A stretch of 64,000 nucleotides of DNA from Eledone cirrhosa (taxonomy: Eukaryota), in NCBI GenBank assembly GCA_964016885.1, contig OZ024741.1, positions 126,294,001 through 126,358,000 on the forward strand. The letters are read 5' to 3'. The notes beneath the pieces are model-generated. The model did not search any database, was not told the origin of the DNA, and was given only the letters and a program-made list of their open reading frames with translations. The first letter of the stretch is position 1; the number at the start of each line of letters is the position of its first letter. This document shows, piece by piece, positions 15,997 through 29,344 of this stretch. A program made the translations under genes and the position numbers.

Positions 15997-17256
15997 ATGA
16001 CTTGTTGCAGGGAGATCCGGTGCAAGGTTTCACTTCTCATCTTTAACCCATCTGAAGAAGGATATTTTTAAGCGATGTGTACAACCTCTCGCTGTTTCAG
16101 CTCTACTGTTGATGAGCTCGTGGGGTGCAGTTATGATGTGGTAGAGCTCCATGAGGCAAAGATCGCATTTCCTCTACGGTGCAGCCCTGCCGACAATATC
16201 CCAGTGCGTGGAGGAGCTGATGTTTAAGTCTGTTAATGATGTGATGTAGTCCGCGAGCGAAGTGGAGTGTCTCAATTTCTTATTTGTGAAAGAGTGGAGA
16301 TGTGTTCGAAATCTAATTTTGAACGGGCCATAGGTAGCCCCTATATAATGTTTAACGCTACTGTGGCTAGTTACAGTGCATCTATATATAACGCTATGAG
16401 TCAAGCAGTATCCCCTAAGGGGCAATTTCTGTCGCAGTCCCTTCTAATTCCCACCGTAAGGCTATCATTATTGCTATCTATGTTGTTATCTACGTTCCCG
16501 CACCTATCGTTAGCACCATTATAACCCACTGCGCGCGGGGTGGTACCATCATTATTGCGCACGTCATGTCCGGCATGTTCCCCAGTCATGTCGCGGTTAT
16601 GCTGGTTGCGTCTGTGGAGGCTGTTGCCAGCACAATTGGATGCTGCTAGGGAGTCGTTAAGGCCGATATAGTTATTGTCAGGTGTAGGTGCGTCTGTGCT
16701 AAGGTGCTGTGTCTTGGTGATCTTACTGTGATTAGTTGTTCCTATGATGTCTGCTAGGTTAGGAGTAGTAGAGAAGGATATTTTTATATTGTTCCTATTA
16801 AGGATTTTTCTATACCTATGGTTGGGTGGGAAGTTCTTCTCTAAGGCTTCGAAGAATATCCGGGGTATGTTGGAGGCCACACTCCGAGAGTAGGGGGGAT
16901 GGAACCATAGGACGTTATGGTGGCGATTACGTGTCCTTGTACGTTTGCTACGGGTGGTTCCATCAAGGGGACCGTTCTTATGCATGTTAATGCGCTGTAG
17001 CGCGTTACGTGCCCCTTTCACTTTATGCTCGGGTGCACTCTTCTTGCTTCTTCTAAGGCGTTGGTAGTAGGCCGTCGCCTTTGTTGATTTTATAGTAGAG
17101 GAATAATTCGAGTAGGCTACAGTGGTCACTGTCATCGGGGTCGTGATCCTTATTGTGTGATAAGTTACCTATACCATCACCAGTGTAATTAACGTTGCGG
17201 CCGTGTTCCTTAGTGCGATTATCTATGCTATTATATCCGACTCCTACGCACGTCCC
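15997..17256 (-). mobile_element. 5'-truncated Penelope-like element (linker plus GIY-YIG); decayed
   Basis: VLWFHPPYS...FPPNHRYRKILNRNNIKISFS; CDRNCPLRGYC; SVIYRC...YIGAT.GPFKIRF..H..SF; KCDLCLME. (TA)n on both sides. Confidence 0.85.
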
Positions 17257-17325
17257 TATATATATATATATATCAATGTATGTATATATATATATATACT
17301 TGTATGTATGTATGTATATGTATAT

Positions 17326-17725
17326 ACAAAGGGCGGAAACACTCATAAGGGTCAACGGCCATCTAAAAGTTTGTAAATATGTATATACACATGTACATGT
17401 GTGTGTATATGTGTATATGCATGGGTGCATGTGTATGTATATGTGCGGGGACATAGAAATAGTCGGGCTGGACACACGATCGCGCGGTTAAACCACCGGG
17501 AGTGAAGGACCCCTAGCCTTTCTCAGGGCATTCTCCTAGGAGAAGGCAACTCAGGAAACTGGGATAACTCCGATATAAAACCTGCGGCTCAGTAGTTACC
17601 AATGATGTTGATCTTTTCTTCTTTTCGGGTTATAGCTACTGTCGCTCAGAGAGTGGGATTGGCTCAGTGCACAGTCTTTCGTCACTTTAAAAAATATCTT
17701 CACGCACAGGCATTGCACGATAGAA
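17326..17725 (+). mobile_element. Diverged RTE-LINE 5'UTR-derived repeat with an internal simple-repeat expansion
   Basis: AAAGGGCG...GTCAACGGCCATC, CTAGGAGAAGG, CCAATGATGTTGA, GAGAGTGGGA and CACAGGCATTGC are colinear with 20186-20779 and 59786-60195. Confidence 0.65.
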
Positions 17726-17786
17726 TTAATTAATTATTATTAATAATGGTATATCGTGCAATGGCCACACTCAATAACGAGGGTGC

Positions 17787-17870
<84 letters not shown>

Positions 17871-17886
17871 AACACACACACACATA

Positions 17887-17986
<100 letters not shown>

Positions 17987-18155
17987 CATACATACAAATA
18001 TATATGTCTATATATATACATACATACAAATATATATGTCTATATATATACATACATACAAATATATATATATATATACTTATATATATATATATACATA
18101 CATACAACCATACATACATATATATATATAAATATATATAAACATACATACATAC

Positions 18156-18191
<36 letters not shown>

Positions 18192-18548
18192 CGGACGACC
18201 GGATTAGAAACTGCTAAATGTGTGGGGCCGCCTTCTTGTCTCTCTGCCTTTTCAGCCCCATCGATTATATTCCTTTGTAATATACCTAATTTTTGTTGGA
18301 CCGGCAATCGTTCTGTATATTCAGCTCCTGATTATTACTGAAATTCTATAAAACTCCAGCTTCTATAATTTTTGGCGTAAGCAGGGATGATCGCCAAACA
18401 GCGTGAAACAGAGGGTTAGCTTCTCTCCCTTCTTTCGCCGAAAAGAAGTAAGTGACATAGTCACTACTTTAAAACCGATAGCGTATGGTCTTCAAAACGT
18501 TTTTAATTAAACATACGGTACATTGCCAAATATACTATACATTCATTC

Positions 18549-18620
<72 letters not shown>

Positions 18621-18628
<8 letters not shown>

Positions 18629-19705
18629 CACAACTGAATTCATTCGCCTAATATAGGTGTTGCATTCCTTGCTGAACTCCACGTGGGGTCAGTTACAGAC
18701 ACATTTATGTGGACTCTCGAACTGAATCCCGTTGACAACGCGTTCTCCTAGTTCGGTCATACTACCAGAAGCCTAACATCCTTTATGTAAGCGGTCAGTA
18801 AATGACTTATGGATCCGCAGAAACCCAAATACTGGATTTTACCATCTCTCCAGAGGTTCGGGTAAATTTTCAACCATATATATTTTTATATATTTTTTTA
18901 TTTTTATATCTGTTTGACCCGAATTAGACGGATGATTAGTTTAACCACCATCTCAGTGTGTTTGGCCTTTAACGTAAGTTGTAGCTCTAATTCATATGAA
19001 TTATAGAGCGCTTGCGACACAACTCGGAAGTGTTTTTCGTTAATTCCTGAGCTGAAATTCGATTCTCGCTAATTTTTACTTGTATTAATCTCCAGAGTCA
19101 AGCTATTGGCCAGTTAATTTTATCGATTTTTTTTGGTTTATTCTATTGACTGTTGAATAGCTTTGTTATATTTAACCACTCTGTCGAGAGCTTTATTCAA
19201 TTTGTGATATTTTGCATTTTCGCAATATTATACACAACTGAATTCATTCGCCTAATATAGGTGTTGCCTCACCTTGCTGAACTCCACGTGGGGTCACATT
19301 ACAGACACATTTATGTGGACTCTCGAACTGAATCCCGTTGACAACGCGTCCTCCTAGTTCGGTCATACTACCAAAAGCCTAACATCCTTTATGTAAGCGA
19401 ACAGTAAATGACTTATGGAGCCGCAGAAACCCAAATACTGGATTTTACCATCTCTCCAGGGGTCCGGGTAAATTTTCAACCATATATATTTTTATATATA
19501 TTTTTATTTTTATATCTGTTTGACCCGAATTAGACGGTCGTTCTTTCGCTGTGCGGGTGATTAGTTTAACCACCATCTCAGTGTGTTTGGCCTTTAACGT
19601 AAGTTGTAGCTCTAATTCATATGAATTATCGAGCGCTTGCTGCACAACTCGGAAGTGGTTTTCGTTAATTCCTGAGCTGAAATTCGATTCTCGCTAATTT
19701 TTACT

Positions 19706-19706
<1 letters not shown>
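18621..19706. repeat. ~604 bp unit in tandem (about 1.8 copies), between (TA)n tracts
   Basis: ATATTATACACAACTGAATTC starts at 18621 and at 19225. Copies are near-identical apart from a ~20 bp indel and scattered substitutions. Confidence 0.95.
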
Positions 19707-19802
<96 letters not shown>

Positions 19803-19960
19803 ATATATATATATATATACGTACATATATAAATCCAGTGAGAATCGCATTTCGGCGGGTAGAAAAAGCGAAACGTAACGCAAATTCCGAGAGTCATATA
19901 TATATATATACACACACACATATATAAATATAGACGTGGTTACACAACAGTTAGTTCACC

Positions 19961-20005
19961 ATACCGAGAACAATTGTTTCACCTTAGCGGATCCTCAGCT
20001 CGTAC
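19961..20005 (-). ncRNA. Minimal type I hammerhead ribozyme in a ~160 bp ORF-less insert (19935-20096)
   Basis: Minus strand: gtacgag CTGAGGA tccgctaaggt GAAA caattg TT ctcggtat. Stem III palindrome ACAATTGT; stem II is weak. Confidence 0.75.
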
Positions 20006-20092
20006 TGGGCATGGTTATAGGAACAGGAAGGACTAACTCGTCCTATGGACTGGGTGCTCTACCACTACGGATATTAACTTCCAGTGTTCCAC

Positions 20093-20162
<70 letters not shown>

Positions 20163-20185
20163 ATATTTATATATATATACATACA

Positions 20186-20779
20186 TGGTGGCTGCCAACT
20201 CGTTTTCGAGTACGGCCACTACTTTATATCCATGTAGGAGAACCCCTACCGATGCGCTGAACGAGTGTGAATTTTTAGTCCAGCCAGCGACTTGAAAACT
20301 CTGGTACAAACACTACACCTGTGACAATTATTGACACAGTGCTGGGCCCATGGTACCATGTGACGGCAAGTGCAGAGAGATCTCCAGATATAAAGCAATG
20401 CCTGTGCCGTGAAGCTTTTATAGTGAGCAAAGGCACTGCACAAAGCCAGTCCCACTCTCTTAACCAAGATGATATTTACCAAAAAGAAGAACAAGTCAAC
20501 ATCATTGGGTACCATCAGGGTTGCAGGTGTTATATCAGAGTTTTCCTTCTCCTAGAATTCTGCCTTGACAAAGGCTAAGGGATCATCTCTCCCAGTGATT
20601 TTGGATGGCCATTGACTCTTAAGAGCTCCTTCGCCCTTTGACAGGTTTTGTTTTTAGTCCTGCAGGATGTCCAAAGTCACCCTCCTCACCAAGAAACCTT
20701 GGTGGGGTTGCTAGTTTAGTCGCCAACGACCCGACCATGAGACAGGTTGTACTGGGATACATGTTACCAGTAGCACCAA
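20186..20779 (-). mobile_element. Non-autonomous bipartite RTE-LINE derivative (5'UTR fused to 3' end)
   Basis: CTAGGAGAAGGAAAACTCTG motif typical of RTE 5'UTRs. The 3' part encodes a C2H2 remnant [22 protein letters not shown], then a simple-repeat tail. Second copy at 59786-60195. Confidence 0.75.
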
Positions 20780-20840
20780 CATACATACATATATATATAC
20801 ATACATATATAAATGAAGTATTTCCGTCGGAAAGGTACAG

Positions 20841-20875
<35 letters not shown>

Positions 20876-20929
20876 GATATAGATATACACATGTGTGTGT
20901 ATATCTCTCTCTCTATATATATATATATC

Positions 20930-20994
<65 letters not shown>

Positions 20995-21534
20995 ATGTGT
21001 GTGTGTGTGTGTGTGTATGTGTGTGTGTGTGTGTGTATATATATGTATATGTGTGTATATATGTGTGTATGGACTTACATATATATGTTTATATGTATGC
21101 GTGAGATGATTTTTTTATGGCGTGCGTGTCTGCGCGTACGCGTGTGTACGTATGTACGTGGGTTATGAGATTCATCTATCTAATTTATTGTTTGTGTATG
21201 TATGTGTATATGTATGTATATGTATATATATGTGTATATATATATACAGTATATATATAGTATAACAAAACGAAAAATCAGTATTGCATCGTTTTTTATA
21301 CTCTCCACAATCTGCTCTGTATGAATATTGAGTGCTAATTTTGGCATACCGCCTATGAAAGCACCATAGCTACCATTATACACACGTATTTATATATATA
21401 TGCAGAGGTTATATTTAATTTGTTGGGTTCAACAATCTTAAACATTTTTATAACTGATATAAAGCACTCAACAGATTAGTGGAGTAAATACACAATATAT
21501 TAATAAATGGAAACTATATTTATAAAAGCATATT

Positions 21535-21600
21535 TATTTTATTATATATATTTCAAGGGCGACCAAGATAAATTATGGTGCGCTTTCATCAGATAAAATA
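21535..21600 (-). ncRNA. Type I hammerhead ribozyme within fold-back element 21494-21686
   Basis: Minus strand: tattttat CTGATGA aagcgcacca taatttatct tggtcgccctt GAAA tatata TA ataaaata (8-bp stem I). Decayed relative at ~59230-59340. Confidence 0.85.
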
Positions 21601-21680
21601 CAGCTTGGTCGCCCATGAAATATAAATATATATAATAAAATAAATATGGTTTTATAAATATAGTTCCCATTTATTAATAT

Positions 21681-21718
<38 letters not shown>

Positions 21719-21824
21719 AACTCATAATATTATATTACTACATTAAATCATATATATACATATATGTGTGTGTTTGTATGTGTGTATAGGTATGTATATA
21801 TACGTATATATATATATATATATA

Positions 21825-21923
21825 TAACAAAGGAATTGTGGTAAGGAACCAGATGGACCATAACGCACCAGAGTACTCAATACTTAGGTAGTAGAGTGGG
21901 AAATAGGAAAAAGTATACTTTTT

Positions 21924-21928
<5 letters not shown>
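21825..21928 (-). mobile_element. Shortest remnant of the 60859-63890 PLE family: 78-bp tail plus 26-bp palindrome
   Basis: TAACAAAGGAATTGTGGTAAGGAACCAGATGGACC... ends in ATAGGAAAAAGTATACTTTTTCCTAT, inside (TA)n. Confidence 0.85.
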
Positions 21929-21990
<62 letters not shown>

Positions 21991-22243
21991 ATATGGTGTG
22001 TATTTGTTTATTTTTAAGTTGTTTGTATTAATCCCCCACCCCCCACCCACACACACCCTTCTTTGTCAACACGTCCCTTTTTGACTTTATTTTGATTCTG
22101 ATTTTCTTATATATATATATATATTTTGAATATTTTGATTTTATTTATTTATTTAGTTATTTCTGCTTCTGAACTACTTCCCTATGGTTCGGACATATTG
22201 ATATGTGCGTGTGCATGTATATATGTATGTGTATGTATGTATA

Positions 22244-22302
<59 letters not shown>

Positions 22303-22310
<8 letters not shown>

Positions 22311-22613
22311 GATGTCGTTAAGATAGGAATGCCGTTATTATACAACTTTCTCCGCTTGGCCTGTTCCCCCCCCCCTTTTGGAACTTTCCCCCGTTGATGG
22401 GCGTGAGCCCGAAATATTGGGATTAAATCTCCTCTACGGTAACCCTTCTACCTTTGTTTTGTTTTCATCTTTGTCTCTCTCAATTTTCACTTTCACCTGT
22501 TTCTCCTATCTATCATTCACTTCCTACCTCGAGATTTCCCTCTGCATTGTTGTGGCTTTCTTAACTACGTATTTTACACATTTCACAATGCTTCAAGCAA
22601 ACTTTAACACCCT

Positions 22614-22616
<3 letters not shown>
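22303..22616 (+). mobile_element. Solo pseudo-LTR related to the 3' end of the 13221 PLE
   Basis: CCCCGTTGATGGGCGTGAGCCCGAAATATTGGGATTAAATCTC...GGTAAC...GAGATTT.CC...TGCATTGT matches 14526-14750. Flanked by (TA)n. Confidence 0.7.
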
Positions 22617-22675
<59 letters not shown>

Positions 22676-22685
22676 TATACATCCG

Positions 22686-22762
<77 letters not shown>

Positions 22763-22792
22763 AGATCAAAAGATAGTTAAATGAGTTCCATG

Positions 22793-22863
22793 TATTTTAT
22801 TATGCGCATTTCAAAAACAAATATCATCATGCAATAACATTTGTGTTTTCATCAGATAAAATA
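22793..22863 (-). ncRNA. Type I hammerhead ribozyme (inverted pLTR copy)
   Basis: Reverse complement of 25649-25719. Confidence 0.88.
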
Positions 22864-25130
22864 GGAAGACATGATATGAAGGTTAAAAACACTTGTGGAT
22901 AGTGCAGTTTTAAATCAACATATGAAAAGTAGTTTTAGATTGATGTGTGATATTTGGAAATTTTTTTATTTTTTTAGTGGGGGGAGGTTGGAAAGGATGA
23001 AAAAGAGGAGGAGATGAGAGTAAAAAGTGGAGGGGGGGAGTATAATGGGGAAGGATGAGATAGGAGGAGAGATGGGTGATAGAGAGAGAGAGATAGCTTT
23101 TATAACTGAGAAAAATATATTGTTTTACATAGAGAGGTTGAAAAACCGTTGGAAGATAATGTATAAATTAAAAGAATTTGAAAATTAACGAAGAGAAAAG
23201 ACCATCGTAAACCAGCACGTAAAACCATCCTTGAGTTCAACAATGAATATTGGACTAGAGCTGATACCTCTAACAACTTCGACATCACAATGGGTGCATC
23301 CGATTCATCCCAATAGACAGATTTAACTGGTATCTTTATTTTGAACTCTTTGAGTCGGAAAATTCCTCAACTTCGCGGTGGAATTTATCGTGACGATGGA
23401 CTCTTTACTATCTTAAATTGCAACATAGTTAACCTTAATATTATTAAGAACAATATACGTAATCTCTTTAACCAACATAACCTAAAAATTGAATTTGATA
23501 ACGGCATCAAACTAGCTAATTTCTTGGATGTTTCTCTTAATCTTGACACTGGTCTATATTACCCTTACCATAAAAACAATGAGAACCTAAATTATGTTAA
23601 TTTTAAATCTAACCACCCTACTAATATTAAGAATGCTATAGTTAGTAATATTGGAAAAAGAATATCTAACCTATCTTCTAATAAAAACATCTTCGATGCT
23701 AACGCCAATTACTATAATAACGCGCTTTCTAAAGCCGGCTATCCTGATAAAATCAAATATAATAAAGAAACAAATTCTAGAAGATCTTACAGTAGAATAA
23801 TTAATCATGATCATTCCAATAACTTTAATAAAAGACCTAGATACAAAAACATAATCTGGTATAATGCTCCTTTCTCCATCTCTATTAATAATAATATTCC
23901 TAAATTATTCTTTAGTGCCTTAAATAAATGCTTCCCCCCCCCTCACATATCTATAGTAAAATATTTAACAAACACACTATAAAATTTTCCTATTCGACAT
24001 CCTCCAACATTTCCAACATTATCTCTAAACACAACAATAAAATACTAAATACTAAATCTCTTCCTTCCAACACTGAATATCATAATAATAGTAATAGTAC
24101 TCCCGACGTCACTTTAAACTCTAGGCTAATTTCTGCAAACCCAAATACAACGTCAAACACAACTTCGCTAAATGTTCTTAATCCCATTCTAAATCAAGAA
24201 ACTATTATTCCTATCGCAAATAACTTCTCCAATCCAATTCCTTCTATAGATAACACTAGGTCACTCGTTAATAATCTCTCTAATCGCAATTGCAATTGCC
24301 CTGCTAAAAATAAATGTCCTCTCAACAACCATTGTCTTGATAAAAACTTAATCTACGAATGTAAAGTTATAACTGACACCAATTCCTTCACCTATTTTGG
24401 CTCCACTTCCACCTCCCTTAAAGCTCGTCTTTATAATCATCATTCGTCTTTTAAATACCAACTTAAAAGAACCAACACGGCTCTCTCAGAACTCATATAG
24501 TCCTTGAAAGACAAAAATATTAAATATAACATCTCTTGGAAAAAGGTTTCCTCTGCTTCTTTATACTTGAACAGTTCTCTATTCAAGACTTGCAATCTCT
24601 GTCTAAATGAAAAATTTACCATTATATCTAATTTAGATTCTATAATAAATAGACGCACTGACTTGTTTTCTATCTGCTTGCATAAATTCCACAGAACTTT
24701 CCATAAAGTATACAGCTAATATCCTAAACTTTATCAATTCAGAATCCTTTTCTCAAAGGCACATATATATATATATATACTTCTTTAAAAATGTACCCAT
24801 CTTTCTACCTTATTTCAAAGTTATTTATTATATTCTATATCACTACTATTTATCACTTCCATTTCTTCCTTTTCCTTTTCTTTTCTTTTTCTTTTAATTT
24901 CTAACCCCTAATCTGTACCTTTTCTCACTGTGCCTAACATAGAAACAATTATTACACAATACACTATATTCTTACTTTATATCACCTTAAAAAAATCCTT
25001 CGTAAACATAAACATTTTTTTTGACGTTAGATTATTCATCCTCTATTCATTATTTTTTCTCACTTTCATCTAACTTATTCATGCTCATCTCACAATATAT
25101 CCTTACTTACATGACTTTTGTTTTTTTTAA

Positions 25131-25303
25131 TAATACATATCAACATTTTCTTTCCATCGCACATATTATTAAACCCTTAAATATTATTCTTAATACATAT
25201 TAACATTTTCTTTCCATCGCACATATTATTAAACCCTTAAATATTATTCTTAATACATATTAACAATTTCTTTTCATCGCACATATTATCAAACCCTTCA
25301 ATA
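25131..25303. repeat. 60-bp tandem repeat, about 3 copies, in the PLE 3'UTR
   Basis: TAATACATAT(C/T)AACA...CATCGCACATATTAT at 25131, 25191 and 25251. Confidence 0.9.
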
Positions 25304-25648
25304 TACAAACCTTAACTTTACATTATTTTTCTCTTCGTTAATTTTCAAAATTCTTTTAATTTATACATTATCTTCCAACGGTTTTTCAACCTCTCTATGT
25401 AAAACAATATATTTTTCTCAGTTATAAAAGCTACCTCTCTCTCTCTATCACCCATCTCTCCTCCTATCTCATCCTTCCTCATTATACTCCTCCCCCTCCA
25501 CTTTTTACTCTCATTTCCTCCTCTTTTTCACCCCCCCCTCAAAATTTTTTTTTTCCAAATATCACACATCAATCTAAGACTACTTTTCATATGTTGATTT
25601 AAAACTGCACTATCCACAAGTGTTTTTAACCTTCATATTATGTCTTCC

Positions 25649-25719
25649 TATTTTATCTGATGAAAACACAAATGTTATTGCATGATGATATTTGTTTTTG
25701 AAATGCGCATAATAAAATA
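25649..25719 (+). ncRNA. Type I hammerhead ribozyme in PLE pseudo-LTR
   Basis: tattttat CTGATGA aaacacaaatgttat...gatatttgttttt GAAA tgcgca TA ataaaata. 8-bp stem I; stem III palindrome ATGCGCAT. Confidence 0.9.
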
Positions 25720-25840
25720 CATGGAACTCATTTAACCATCTTTTGATCTTATATATTATGTATACTCCAGTCCTACAAACTGTAGAGTGCTTCTTATCCG
25801 ATATCTGCATTGCTTTATTGTACTACAATAAAACTCACTA

Positions 25841-25905
<65 letters not shown>

Positions 25906-25910
<5 letters not shown>

Positions 25911-26525
25911 AGTTAAAAGAATAGAGGTGTAACACACAAGTTATTATATATTGGTAAACGGAATAGAAAATGCTGACAAATTGTTCACAGTTGAAAAATG
26001 GTTTAATTAGGAATAAAAGAGTATTAGTGATTGTATGGGTTAGTATTCAGTTGTGGTTTTAAGTTATGACGTTTCCACCGGTTACGCATTTCTAAATGCT
26101 TTTCAAAAATAATTTTGAGATAGAGTGTCCGTGCTGTTTGCTCTGATCTGATTAGTTTTGGGAATTCTACCTGTTTTTATGTTAAAAAAGTGGCTCCAGC
26201 GTTACTTTGGTGTTGCAAAAATTCTTGTGGTCAAAACAATTTTGATTGGTCGGTAGAGGTCATGTGAATGTAAAAAATTGATTTTGCGCCAAGACTGTTT
26301 TTATGTTAAAAAAGTGGCTCCAGCGCTACTTGGCGTTTGAAAAAATTCTTGTGGTCAAAACAATTTTGATTGGTCGGTAGAGGTCATGTGAATAAAAAAT
26401 TGGTTTTGCGCCAAGATTGAGAAATGACTCTTTCACAACAAATATGTATGTGTGTGTAGTAGTAGTAAGGTGTTCGATGTTGTGATAATGGTTAGCAGGG
26501 ATGTGTGTCAAATGGCTATTAAGAT

Positions 26526-26597
<72 letters not shown>

Positions 26598-26777
26598 GTG
26601 TAGCAGAGTAATTCGTGGTAGCAGGGATGGTCAGTAAGAATGTGTCTGAAAGCAATGGGGGGTATGTCAAAAGATATTTTTAAGCTTTTGTCTTATACGG
26701 AGAAGTGCGTGTGTGTGTGTGTGTGTATAAGTCTCTTTGTATGTTAATGTACGCGTGTGTATGTGTGTGTGTATATA

Positions 26778-26810
<33 letters not shown>

Positions 26811-27018
26811 GTGGGTGGACCAGTATTTTTTTCCCCCTGGTAAAATGGTGTACATTATTCGATTTTTTCAGTAAAATAGGTTCTCTTAATAGAACATCAA
26901 AAATCTTAACAATAAAAGTTGTGAAATGATATTCACTATATATATATACACATAAATATATTCACTATATATATATATATATATATACACATATATATAT
27001 ACATATATATATATACAC

Positions 27019-27073
<55 letters not shown>

Positions 27074-28191
27074 TTTTTTTGTGTTGCACCATAGAGCATG
27101 TGTGTTTACGTATGTCATTGTGTTTATATGTGGGTAGAGATGTGTGCTGATGTAGGTATGTATGTTGACGTGTGTATGTTGTGGGTTCGTCTTAGTGAGA
27201 AGTGTTTAGACGGGGTCCGTATTTGTTAATGAAGTAAGATTCCTTGCTGATGCGCTGGGTGTGGGTGGCATTATCTTTAAATTTGTAGAGGGGAAAGATT
27301 CTGAAGTACGGATGATTTTGGGTGGCACAGGTATCAATGTGTTCACTCAGTGGTATTTTCCTGTATTCCCGTATTTTAATTTGGGATCTATGGACAGTCA
27401 TGCGTTGGCGGAGGCTGTTTTCGGTCTGGCCTATGTATTGTTCTCGACAACCTGAGCAAGTTAATACATATATTAGATTTTCCGATGCACATGTGAAATT
27501 GTGTTTTACTATAAAACGTTGTCCATCTTTGAAATAGAATTCCGAACCCTCTATTAGGTTGATGCAAATGCCACAGTTGGGTCTATCGCATTTTTTTACT
27601 GTGGGTTTCGTTGTTGTGGTTGGCAGTACTTTGGCATGTGTTAGGATGTTTTTCATTGACTTGGATTGTCTTTTGCTCTTTATGATATCGTGTGTTCGTA
27701 GAATTTGGTTCATTCTATGGTCCTTTTTCAACACAGGGATGTTCTGGAGGATGGTGTCAAAGGCCTCATTGTTGAGGGGGTTGTGTGTGGAGATGTATAG
27801 AAGAGCTTTTAGTTTCGGTTGATTTACTTTAGGGTGTCTAAGGTCCTGGGTACTGAGTTTTAGGGCACGTTGGGTTCCATTGTCAATTAGTGATGCAGGG
27901 TAGTCCCTCTACCGACCAATCAAAATTGTTTTGACCACAAGAATCTTTGCAACACCAAAGTAACGCTGGAGCCACTTTTTTAACATAAAAACAGGTAGAA
28001 TTCCCAAAACTAATCAGATCAGAGCAAACAGCACGGACACTCTATCTCAAAATTATTTTTGAAAAGCATTTAGAAATGCGCAACCGGTAAAAACTTAAAA
28101 ACTTAAAACCACAACTGAATACTAACCCATACAATCACTAATACTCTTTTATTCCTAATTAAACCATTTTTCAACTGTGAACAATTTGTCA
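25906..28191 (-). mobile_element. 5'-truncated Neptune-type Penelope-like element with inverted pseudo-LTR
   Basis: ORF 27192-27734: KCDRPNCGIC zinc finger, NLIYVLTCSGCREQYIGQT...RMTVH (GIY-YIG). 27911-28191 is the reverse complement of ~25974-26255. Internal 124-bp duplication at 26171-26415. Same family as 46721-50530. Confidence 0.93.
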
Positions 28192-28207
28192 TATATACAT
28201 ACATACA

Positions 28208-28253
<46 letters not shown>

Positions 28254-28420
28254 ATAAACTGGTTGTATTTGTGTTGTAAAATGTCTGCCACGCTATAGAA
28301 AGGAGATGGTTAGAGTGTGTGGGCAATAGAGAGAAAGATAGCGGCGGTCGTGCCAGCAACAAATGCCGAAATTTTATATTCTTTAATCTTACGTCTTTAT
28401 GGAAAAATGATGTGTGTGTG

Positions 28421-28464
<44 letters not shown>

Positions 28465-28642
28465 TGTGTGTGTGTTTGTTTGTTTGTTTGTGTGTGAAAG
28501 AGAGGGAGAGAGAGAGTGAGAGAGAACTAAAAAGAATTATTTTTGAAAAACTTAGAAAACTGTGGAAAGGGGATAGCAACAGTCTTTGTGAGTCTATCAC
28601 ACACACACGCACAACCACACACACACACACACACATGCATAC

Positions 28643-28960
<318 letters not shown>

Positions 28961-29288
28961 AATCAATGCTTCAAAAATTCGATAATTTACATAAAATCTG
29001 TTTAAATTCAAAAGCCTTCGATTTAGCACCCTAATTTTTAAGGGGATTGTTGTCAGAAGTCATTTAACTCAATGGTTAGTGCAATCATCCAGTATCTGCA
29101 AAATATGAAGTTCGATTCCTCGTAGCGAGCACTGGTCACTTTTTAACATCTATAGGGTTATTTTACCTGATTTTATTAACTATTATTTATAGCAACCAAC
29201 TGTGTTTACAGTTATTTTCTGCGACTGAATTTCCACACACACACACACACAAACACACAGACGTTCTCTCTCTTCCTCCCCTCTCTCA

Positions 29289-29344
<56 letters not shown>

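Larger units (their letters stand above)
22754..25843 (+). mobile_element. 5'-truncated Penelope-like element with inverted pseudo-LTR
   Basis: 22754-23199 is the reverse complement of 25326-25759. Decayed ORF ~23195-24719: FDITMGASDS, GIYRDDGL, NFLDVSLNL, SNHP, IWYNAPFS, CNCPAKNKCPLNNHC, LIYEC...YFGST...K.RL.NH, CNLCLNEK. ~85 bp unpaired tail, then (TA)n. Confidence 0.95.

Noticed and set aside
18190-18530. Possible LTR end with primer-binding site (TTTGGCGTAAGCAGGGAT)
   Set aside because: No second LTR, no gag/pol remnant, and the tRNA match is poor.
25131-25303. CRISPR-like array
   Set aside because: Contiguous tandem repeats without unique spacers, in a eukaryotic context.
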